DNA from: a virus | Taxonomy: Duplodnaviria; Heunggongvirae; Uroviricota; Caudoviricetes | Direction: 5' to 3' (one strand) | Length of the DNA stretch: 6,394 nucleotides | Virus record (IMG/VR): IMGVR_UViG_2778261567_000021 | Part shown: in pieces, positions 1 to 5,155 of the stretch | Numbering within the stretch: position 1 is the stretch's first letter | Layout of the letters: each line of letters begins with the position of its first letter | The notes under the pieces: model-generated | The model's database searches: none | Seen by the model: only the letters and a program-made list of their open reading frames with translations | What the model was told of the DNA's origin: nothing | Made by a program: the position numbers and the translations under genes

Positions 1-300
1 GATTACGCTGTCTGCGATAACCTGCCAGCCCTGCCGCGTTTCGCCGTTCTGGCCTGTCCACTGGCTTACCTGCATGTTACCCGCCACGCTCACCAGCTCG
101 CCTTTGCGGTGTTTTGCCAGTGCGTCGGCCTGTCTGCCAAACGCCAGGACGGATAACCACATCGTCGCCGTTCCGTCATCAGCCTGGCTGCATGTCAGGG
201 GAACCGCCATACTCGCCATCGTCATTTGTGTGCCCTTGCTGGTGGTCTTTAACTGTGGGTCAGCCACCAGCCGCCCGTAAGCCGCTATCTGTGCTGTCAT
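1..300 (-). CDS. ssb: SSB-like OB-fold single-stranded DNA-binding protein (N-terminal 100 aa; continues beyond the window)
   Basis: Translated by hand from the minus strand (not in the ORF track because it runs off the edge): MTAQIAAYGRLVADPQLKTTSKGTQMTMASMAVPLTCSQADDGTATMWLSVLAFGRQADALAKHRKGELVSVAGNMQVSQWTGQNGETRQGWQVIADSVI… This is colinear with the E. coli SSB OB-fold as recalled from memory (…GNLGQDPEVR…; …[43 protein letters not shown]…). The plus-strand ORFs 74..280 and 114..302 are antisense shadows. Confidence 0.6.
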   Translation of the reverse strand, partial: MTAQIAAYGRLVADPQLKTTSKGTQMTMASMAVPLTCSQADDGTATMWLSVLAFGRQADALAKHRKGELVSVAGNMQVSQWTGQNGETRQGWQVIADSVI

Positions 301-575
301 GATTCCACCTCTACGTTTTTAACGTTGATGGTTGTCACCTGTTCAGCTTCCGCAATCTCCCGCTCTGTCAGCGTGGCAAAATTTGCCGCCGTCGTGGTCA
401 TGAATGCGCTTATCAGTTCGGGATGTGCTTTCGCGTATCCTTCCCCCGCGTGGCGGTCTATCGTTCTGATTGCCACCTTTAAAGCGTGCTCTGTCATGTC
501 TAACGCGCGATATTTCGGTTCTGTTCTGTCTCTGCGTTTTTTGAGTGATTTATTAAATTTCCCTGAAGTGTGCAT
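297..575 (-). CDS. Hypothetical protein (92 aa), ATGA-coupled to the downstream SSB-like gene
   Basis: ATG at 575 with GAGGGGG about 10 nt upstream. Its stop TGA (297-299) overlaps the ATG (298-300) of the next minus-strand ORF. Product MHTSGKFNKSLKKRRDRTEPKYRALDMTEHALKVAIRTIDRHAGEGYAKAHPELISAFMTTT… No family recognised. Confidence 0.5.
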   Translation of the reverse strand: MHTSGKFNKSLKKRRDRTEPKYRALDMTEHALKVAIRTIDRHAGEGYAKAHPELISAFMTTTAANFATLTEREIAEAEQVTTINVKNVEVES

Positions 576-623
576 ATTTATTTTTACCCCCTCGTTTAAA
601 AAGTTTTGAGTTGTGCCTCCCCT

Positions 624-849
624 TGTCTACCTTATCTACCTTAGTGGCCCTCATGCCAGTAATGGCGCGGCTTTCAGCGGGGTAGAGTGCTTTTATCCGC
701 TATCTACCCCGTGTCTACCTCCCTGTCTGATTCAGGTAAAATCAGGTAGAGAGGGTAGATAGTGGGTAGACAGTAAAAAAAGGCTATCTACCTAACTTAA
801 TGCACTGAATTAAATGTATCTTTCTTTACTCAGGTAGACAGGGTAGACA
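624..849. repeat. Iteron cluster: about 11 copies of 8-bp T(A/G)TCTACC / GGTAGA(C/T/G)A in both orientations; putative origin of replication
   Basis: Direct copies at 624-631, 633-640, 702-709, 712-719 and 785-792. Inverted copies at 681-687, 745-752, 754-761, 765-772, 833-840 and 842-849. Spacing is often 9-11 bp (one helical turn). A-rich/AT-rich stretches lie at 771-780 and 793-830. The cluster is immediately 3' of the primase/helicase gene. Confidence 0.6.
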
Positions 850-863
850 GCAATTACAAAAAA

Positions 864-2618
864 TTATAAAAACGCGTCGCACTCGTCTGTTGTTATTGCG
901 TTAGTCTGCGTTACTCCCTTAACTTTCCGCGTAATATATTCATGTCCGTAAACTTTCGCGGCTGGCTTCATAGCCTTGCCAAAGTCATTTACGTTTAGCG
1001 GTTTGCTCCTGCCTGCGTACGCCATAAACGCCAGATAGACGCGGTAAAGGCTGTTTCTGGTCGTGTACTTCACTGAATCGCCACCGCCGCCCATCATCAG
1101 GCCGCGTGCTTCCTCCAGAAAATTCAGGAACTGGCAAAACTCAATAACCGGATCCGTCTGTTGCTTTATTGCCAGAGCTTCATCACCGTCACGCTGTTCC
1201 AGTAGTAAAGCCCGTGCTTTCTCAGAGTCGGTAAAGTTCGCCAGCAATCGGCGGATAATGACAGGGATTTCAGCCGCAATCTTTTCCGGTAGCTCCCTGT
1301 CTTTTTCGGCCTCACTGACGATATTGTCGAAACGGAAAATCACGCGACGACGTGCCACACCTCCGGCCCGTTCGGTGAATATCATCGGGTTGTTGTTGGT
1401 CGCCAGCACCACCGCCCTGATTACCGCCGTAAAACGCTTTTCATATTTCGGGTTAATTTCCACGGGGTCACCGCCCGTGATTTTCTTGATGCCCGTTCCT
1501 TCGCCTGTATATTTCGGCTGGTCAGCCAGGACGATAAGGCGACTCCCGACAACCTGCGCACGTCCACCAGCATCATCAAGCGATGTCATTTCAGCGCTTA
1601 CCGTGTTCTGTTTCCCTGCCAGAAGGCTGGCTATGTGTGTGAATGTACTTTTACCGCTCCCGCCGTCTCCGGTGGCCTCAATAAACATCTGCCAGTCGTA
1701 CCGGTTCGCCATAATCATGTACAGCGCGGCACATATCCGCATCATCTTGCGCGGGTCTTTTCCGGCTGCGTGCTCAAGCCATTTATGAAAGTTTGGCGCG
1801 TTATCGCGGATGTTCTCCCCTGGTGCTGGTGGCGTGTACTCAATACCGTTGTGCGTGGTGATCCAGTTCTCCGGCGTGTGCGGGGAAAATTCCCCCGTTT
1901 TCAGGTCAAGCGCACCATTGGCAAACGGCAGCAAATCGCCGGACGGCTCGCCCATTGGTTCGGCAATAACTTTTAACGCTTCCACGGCGTTATTGATTAC
2001 GCGCTTGCTGAAAGTGGCCCTGTGCTCTGAATAGATCGCCACCATTTCGCGGCTAAGTTCCATTGTGCTGACCGGACACCATACCCCGCCGCGCCATACG
2101 TGAACGATTTCACTTTCAGGATGCACGCAAACGCCATCAAATCGTCCGGCAAGAAGTTGAGCGCGCTCACTGTCCGCCATCTGCGAAAGTTGCGCCTTTT
2201 GCTTTACAGGAAGCTCAATAACCAGCCCATCAGAAAGATTCTGGCGCTCACTGGCCAGATATTCGCGCCAGTTCTCCACCTTCTGACCGTGCATACCATC
2301 AGGGTAAAAATTTGCATCCTGTACGCCTGCCGCCGCCAGCTTCTGACCAATCGCCTTTATCATTACTGGCGCAAGATATCCGGCCCTGAATATGCGCACG
2401 GATTTTCTGCCTTCCGGCACAATTTGCAGCTTATCCAGTTCTGATAACTGCTGCTCCCCAAGCCACACAGGAGGCTCATTATCTCCGGCCATACGCGCGT
2501 CATGTTCCTGCCATTGTTTCGCGTGTGACCAGGCATCACTACCCGCAAAAATAATGACTTCTGTTTCTTTGTGTTTTATGCCGCGTGGCTGCTGTTTTAC
2601 GTTCGGTGCCAGTTTCAT
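864..2618 (-). CDS. Phage/plasmid primase-helicase, P4-alpha family (D5_N-like region + SF3-type P-loop NTPase), 584 aa
   Basis: 584-aa ORF with Walker A GDGGSGKST and a Walker B-like hhhhD motif (RLIVLADQ) in the central/C-terminal part, as in the P4-alpha / poxvirus D5 primase C-terminal NTPase family. The N-terminal about 250 aa is a candidate primase domain. It is followed immediately by an iteron cluster, consistent with a pri-rep initiator and its ori. Confidence 0.88.
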   Translation of the reverse strand: MKLAPNVKQQPRGIKHKETEVIIFAGSDAWSHAKQWQEHDARMAGDNEPPVWLGEQQLSELDKLQIVPEGRKSVRIFRAGYLAPVMIKAIGQKLAAAGVQDANFYPDGMHGQKVENWREYLASERQNLSDGLVIELPVKQKAQLSQMADSERAQLLAGRFDGVCVHPESEIVHVWRGGVWCPVSTMELSREMVAIYSEHRATFSKRVINNAVEALKVIAEPMGEPSGDLLPFANGALDLKTGEFSPHTPENWITTHNGIEYTPPAPGENIRDNAPNFHKWLEHAAGKDPRKMMRICAALYMIMANRYDWQMFIEATGDGGSGKSTFTHIASLLAGKQNTVSAEMTSLDDAGGRAQVVGSRLIVLADQPKYTGEGTGIKKITGGDPVEINPKYEKRFTAVIRAVVLATNNNPMIFTERAGGVARRRVIFRFDNIVSEAEKDRELPEKIAAEIPVIIRRLLANFTDSEKARALLLEQRDGDEALAIKQQTDPVIEFCQFLNFLEEARGLMMGGGGDSVKYTTRNSLYRVYLAFMAYAGRSKPLNVNDFGKAMKPAAKVYGHEYITRKVKGVTQTNAITTDECDAFL

Positions 2619-2914
2619 TTTTTGCCCCTGAATCCGTTAATCATGTTTTTCATCTTCTGAATATTGGCGCGTGCTTTCTCCCTGCTGGTGGGCACGTTAC
2701 GCGGTACTGCCTGCACAAGAGAAAAATCACGCCGGAACTGATAAACAGGCATCACGCAATCATATTCGTAACCTTCACGGCGGTAAGTTACGCACCGTCC
2801 CGCCACGCCCTTAATCATTACCGTGCCGCCGTACTGGTCGCGGTAAATATCACCGCGCGTAAATTTAGGGTGAGTGTTGCCACTGGCAGTTAAGCCAGAA
2901 TATTTAAATTTCAT
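2615..2914 (-). CDS. Hypothetical basic protein (99 aa), translationally coupled to the primase
   Basis: ATG at 2914 with GGAG about 11 nt upstream. Its stop TGA (2615-2617) overlaps the primase ATG (2616-2618) as ATGA. Product MKFKYSGLTASGNTHPKFTRGDIYRDQYGGTVMIKGVAGRCVTYRREGYEYDCVMPVYQFRRDF… No family recognised. Confidence 0.55.
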   Translation of the reverse strand: MKFKYSGLTASGNTHPKFTRGDIYRDQYGGTVMIKGVAGRCVTYRREGYEYDCVMPVYQFRRDFSLVQAVPRNVPTSREKARANIQKMKNMINGFRGKK

Positions 2915-2919
2915 TATTT

Positions 2920-3153
2920 TTATTCTCCGGTGTGCTGTTCGTTATATCTGTCGTGCAATTGGTCTATTTCTTGTAGTTCCATTATTACAGGCTCAAGAAG
3001 CGTTATTAATGCCGTGACAATTCTTGATTTTTGTTTGTCGCGTTCATTGTCGCCAAGTGTTTCAAGCCATATGCGCAATATTTCCATCATATTTTCACTG
3101 TGAGAAAGTGCAAGAAATACGCGATCTGTTGTTTCGTGGTAAATATCACGCAT
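2920..3153 (-). CDS. Hypothetical protein (77 aa)
   Basis: ATG at 3153 lies 1 nt after the previous stop, with a GGGG-rich sequence upstream. Acidic product MRDIYHETTDRVFLALSHSENMMEILRIWLETLGDNERDKQKSRIVTALITLLEPVIMELQEIDQLHDRYNEQHTGE. Co-oriented and tightly spaced within the operon. Confidence 0.5.
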   Translation of the reverse strand: MRDIYHETTDRVFLALSHSENMMEILRIWLETLGDNERDKQKSRIVTALITLLEPVIMELQEIDQLHDRYNEQHTGE

Positions 3154-3154
3154 A

Positions 3155-3376
3155 TTAATCCCCGTCCGTCGCTTTTCTTAAAATAACCTCTGTCACGAAA
3201 TCAGCATAGTTAGCGGCAATATCAAGAATATTTAGCCCTGTATCTCTGTGCTCATCAGTGCAAAGAAAGAAAAAAGCCACCCGCATAATTTCAGATATTG
3301 ACGAAAGCGCATCAGCCGCATCATCAGGAACGCCGGAAAATTCTTGTTTCAGGGAATTAAAACGATCATCACGCAT
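3155..3376 (-). CDS. Hypothetical protein (73 aa); possibly the C-terminal part of a protein fused with 3349..3609
   Basis: ATG at 3376 lies 2 nt after the G9 run, which could double as a G-rich SD. Product MRDDRFNSLKQEFSGVPDDAADALSSISEIMRVAFFFLCTDEHRDTGLNILDIAANYADFVTEVILRKATDGD. Its stop TAA (3155-3157) is 1 nt from the next start. Confidence 0.5.
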   Translation of the reverse strand: MRDDRFNSLKQEFSGVPDDAADALSSISEIMRVAFFFLCTDEHRDTGLNILDIAANYADFVTEVILRKATDGD

Positions 3377-3609
3377 AACCCCCCCCCATTTTCACAATCA
3401 GCAATCAGGATAGCTTTGGCCTCATTCAGCGCCATATCAGCACTAAGTTGCATAACCGCCAGCGAATGAGGAACGAAAGCCCCTGCATATTCTGTTTCAC
3501 TGGTGGCGTGCTTATGCGCCCTGTCAGCAATAACAGAAATATCAATAAGCGCGTGCATCAGCGTAGTGAGCGCGGCGGCTGCTGCGTCCGGTGTGGTTTT
3601 ATTGCACAT
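3349..3609 (-). CDS. Hypothetical protein (86 aa); possibly the N-terminal part of a longer protein split at a homopolymer
   Basis: ATG at 3609 with a strong SD (AGGAGG 6 nt upstream, lying inside the preceding ORF). The C-terminus (…ENGGGLCVMIVLIP) is encoded across the G9 run and overlaps the next ORF by 28 nt in another frame. Confidence 0.5.
   Translation of the reverse strand: MCNKTTPDAAAAALTTLMHALIDISVIADRAHKHATSETEYAGAFVPHSLAVMQLSADMALNEAKAILIADCENGGGLCVMIVLIP
3379..3387. repeat. Homopolymeric tract C9 (G9 on the coding strand) at the junction of two ORFs
   Basis: Nine consecutive C at 3379-3387. The minus-strand ORFs 3349..3609 and 3155..3376 differ by one frame across this tract. 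Confidence 0.9.
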
Positions 3610-3805
3610 GGCACACCTCCTGACGAATACGGGCGGCGAATACCATCACGCAGCCAGCCGGGGATTGCAGGCGTGCTTCCTGTTCGCTGGCGGCCTCAAT
3701 GGTAATCACGCGCGGTTGTGCCGTGCTCAGGGCGATAAAACGCCAGATGTATTTATTCAGGTTGTGCGAGTCCCGCCCTTGCGGGTGTGTGGTATGATTT
3801 AACAT
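3599..3805 (-). CDS. Hypothetical protein (68 aa), first gene of the minus-strand operon
   Basis: The ORF track shows a 305-aa ORF 3599..4516, but only the 3' part is credible. The internal ATG at 3805 is preceded by GAGGT 5 nt upstream (minus strand CGAGGTAGCT-ATG). Product MLNHTTHPQGRDSHNLNKYIWRFIALSTAQPRVITIEAASEQEARLQSPAGCVMVFAARIRQEVCHVQ. Its stop overlaps the start of the next ORF by 11 nt. Confidence 0.5.
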   Translation of the reverse strand: MLNHTTHPQGRDSHNLNKYIWRFIALSTAQPRVITIEAASEQEARLQSPAGCVMVFAARIRQEVCHVQ

Positions 3806-3901
3806 AGCTACCTCGATACGCTTTCTATCGTTGGTGGTTAGAAGCCCGGTTAGTGTTAGCGCACTGCCGGGTTTCGTCGTTTCTGCACCTTGCATCAACA
3901 A

Positions 3902-3955
3902 GGTGTTGAACACCAATTTAAGCCCTGGTGTTAAACACGTCAAGTGTTGAACACT
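3902..3955. promoter_or_regulatory. Three palindromic operator-like sites GTGTT-N-AACAC in a divergent promoter region
   Basis: GGTGTTGAACACC (3902-3914, 13-bp palindrome), GTGTTAAACAC (3928-3938) and AGTGTTGAACACT (3943-3955, 13-bp palindrome). An extra AGTGTT half-site lies near 3851-3856. They sit between divergently oriented genes (minus-strand ORF starting at 3805, plus-strand RHH ORF starting at 4005). Confidence 0.55.
3916..3943 (-). promoter_or_regulatory. Candidate sigma70 promoter for the minus-strand replication operon
   Basis: On the minus strand: TTGACG (3943..3938), 16-nt spacer containing operator 2, TTAAAT (3921..3916). It lies back-to-back with the plus-strand promoter. Assigned by eye only. 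Confidence 0.3.
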
Positions 3956-3975
3956 TATTTTTTTTCCTGCATACT
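3947..3975 (+). promoter_or_regulatory. Candidate sigma70 promoter for the RHH cassette
   Basis: TTGAAC (3947-3952), 17-nt spacer, CATACT (3970-3975). The -35 element lies inside operator 3. Assigned by eye only. Confidence 0.3.
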
Positions 3976-4004
3976 GCATTTGTTTTTTGTAAGGGGTACA
4001 CAAC

Positions 4005-4184
4005 ATGGCGACAAAAGCAGTAAACGCAAAATCACAAACAGTTGCGGCAAGGGTTCCGCATGAAGTTATGAACAATGTTGAGGCGGTAAAAATGCCTGGT
4101 GAAAGTACAGGGCAGTTTGTAACAGCAGCATTAAAGCGAGAAGTTGAATACCGCCAGCGTCGCAAGGCCAAAGAGCAGGAATAA
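4005..4184 (+). CDS. Small ribbon-helix-helix (CopG/Arc/MetJ-like) DNA-binding protein, 59 aa
   Basis: Absent from the ORF track, presumably for being under the length cut-off. ATG at 4005 is preceded by AAGGGG at 3991-3996 (8-nt spacing); stop TAA at 4182-4184. Product MATKAVNAKSQTVAARVPHEVMNNVEAVKMPGESTGQFVTAALKREVEYRQRRKAKEQE shows the RHH signature: a beta-strand (AARVPHEV), helix, G-x-S/T turn (GESTGQF), and second helix (VTAALKREV). It lies immediately downstream of the palindromic operators. Confidence 0.55.
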   Translation: MATKAVNAKSQTVAARVPHEVMNNVEAVKMPGESTGQFVTAALKREVEYRQRRKAKEQE

Positions 4185-4241
4185 CCATCACCAGCGCCGT
4201 GGTGTAAGGTATTACGGCGCATTGCTATGCAGGACAACACA

Positions 4242-4415
4242 ATGACCGATAAAGAATTGACCAAAACATTATCACCGGCACGGAAAAGACGGCGCAGAAA
4301 GATAGAGCATGAATCAGAAAGATTCGCGCCATGTGCTTTTGCCCTTGAGCAATTCCTTAAAGAGTACAGGGAAACGCGCCCATTGCAGGTATGGCAACGA
4401 ACTGAACCAGACTGA
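4242..4415 (+). CDS. Hypothetical small basic protein (57 aa; KRRRRK motif)
   Basis: ORF track gives 4227..4415. The second in-frame ATG at 4242 is preferred because AGGA at 4230-4233 lies 8 nt upstream. Product MTDKELTKTLSPARKRRRRKIEHESERFAPCAFALEQFLKEYRETRPLQVWQRTEPD. It follows the RHH ORF on the same strand and is closed by the terminator at 4480-4508. No family recognised. Confidence 0.4.
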   Translation: MTDKELTKTLSPARKRRRRKIEHESERFAPCAFALEQFLKEYRETRPLQVWQRTEPD

Positions 4416-4479
4416 TTGCATTGCCCACCAGCCTGATAGCGGCTATCATCCCCGTGCTTATGTTTAGTGTTTTCCCATT

Positions 4480-4508
4480 GGCGACCGCCCCCGGTCGCCT
4501 TTGTTTTA
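4480..4508 (+). terminator. Rho-independent terminator of the plus-strand small-ORF cassette
   Basis: Perfect 8-bp GC-rich stem GGCGACCG (4480-4487) / CGGTCGCC (4492-4499) with a 4-nt loop CCCC, followed by TTTGTTTTA on the plus strand. On the minus strand the hairpin is followed by AAUGGGAAA, so it is mainly unidirectional. Confidence 0.65.
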
Positions 4509-4526
4509 TGTGTCATATGCTCCCCT

Positions 4527-4736
4527 TTACACTGCCTTACCTGAATTAATGCGATCCCGGCTTTTAACCCATTCCATAACCTCGGACAGCAGCCACCCTA
4601 CAGAACGACCGCCCAGATTAAGACGTGACGGAAAGCTCCCTTTTTTCTCCAGTTCGTAGCGTGTAGTGCGACACACTCCAGTTAACTTACGACATTCATC
4701 CTCACGGATTACGCGATCTTCATTTATTTCACGCAT
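4527..4736 (-). CDS. alpA: AlpA-family (Vis/Xis-like) transcriptional regulator / excisionase-type HTH protein, 69 aa
   Basis: The 69-aa product MREINEDRVIREDECRKLTGVCRTTRYELEKKGSFPSRLNLGGRSVGWLLSEVMEWVKSRDRINSGKAV matches the AlpA pattern (…TG.sR.T.Y…P….lG.rsVGW…E…W, about 70 aa). The ORF track extends it to 4823 with a GTG start (98 aa), but the extension is AT-rich and AlpA proteins are about 70 aa, so the ATG at 4736 is preferred. It sits directly downstream of int in the same orientation. Confidence 0.75.
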   Translation of the reverse strand: MREINEDRVIREDECRKLTGVCRTTRYELEKKGSFPSRLNLGGRSVGWLLSEVMEWVKSRDRINSGKAV

Positions 4737-5155
4737 ACAAAAACCTACATAAAAATTACGTATATAAACTTTTCTCTTAGCTGTAGATATATGAGATCGG
4801 ATATTACTTAGATTCTTTTTCACCTCTTAAATTAAAAACACAACCATGCTAAAGGCTTTGTTCGCTAAGGTTCGTAGAAGCTCGTTAGTGTTTAAAATCG
4901 TGTCACGAGTTTTTAAGCGACGCAACAAAAAATGTCGTCATTTGGCATGACACCTTAATTACCTCATTAAAAACAAATAGATAAACTATCAGGTGTTGGA
5001 ACAATCAAGAAACAGAGAATAAGAACTCAGAAGAAGACATTTCAATTTTTTTCGATAGTTGACACATATAAAGAGAAGATATTTGCAGATATTCCCCGAT
5101 ATTCTAAGATCTATTCACGGCTGTAATCTCTTAAAGAAAAAACAGCCGTAATTTG

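Noticed and set aside
74-609. Plus-strand ORFs 74..280, 114..302 and 325..609
   Set aside because: They are antisense to the SSB-like and 92-aa minus-strand genes, which have RBSs and an ATGA-coupled arrangement; the plus-strand frames have no convincing RBS and odd composition.
693-701. DnaA-box-like TTATCCGCT
   Set aside because: It has two mismatches to the TTATNCACA consensus and occurs once; insufficient to call a DnaA box.
624-849. Possible CRISPR array suggested by the short repeated motif
   Set aside because: The repeats are only 8 bp, occur in both orientations with irregular 1-40 bp spacing, and there are no unique spacers of uniform length; this fits replication iterons, not CRISPR.
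1063-2631. Plus-strand ORFs 1063..1788, 1635..1976, 1810..2034, 2100..2444, 2392..2631 and minus-strand ORF 2363..2548
   Set aside because: All lie inside the 584-aa primase/helicase gene, which carries clear Walker motifs; they are shadow ORFs.
2585-3802. Plus-strand ORFs 2585..2893, 3448..3705 and 3503..3802
   Set aside because: They are antisense to the coupled minus-strand small-ORF operon, lack an SD, and are Cys/Arg-rich as expected of non-coding frames.
3845-3871. CCCGG…CCGGG inverted repeat followed by a T-rich stretch, as a possible plus-strand terminator
   Set aside because: Stem of only 5 bp with a 17-nt loop and no upstream plus-strand gene to terminate; more likely part of the operator/5'-UTR region of the minus-strand operon.
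3599-4516. 305-aa minus-strand ORF from the six-frame track
   Set aside because: It spans the operator/promoter region and the two plus-strand ORFs, and its composition is Cys/Ser/Thr/Arg-rich and non-protein-like upstream of 3805. Only the last 68 codons (3599..3805), which have a good SD, look coding.
4846-4950. 34-aa basic peptide ORF on the plus strand in the int-alpA spacer
   Set aside because: No Shine-Dalgarno sequence, and it lies in an AT-rich regulatory spacer; most likely a chance ORF.
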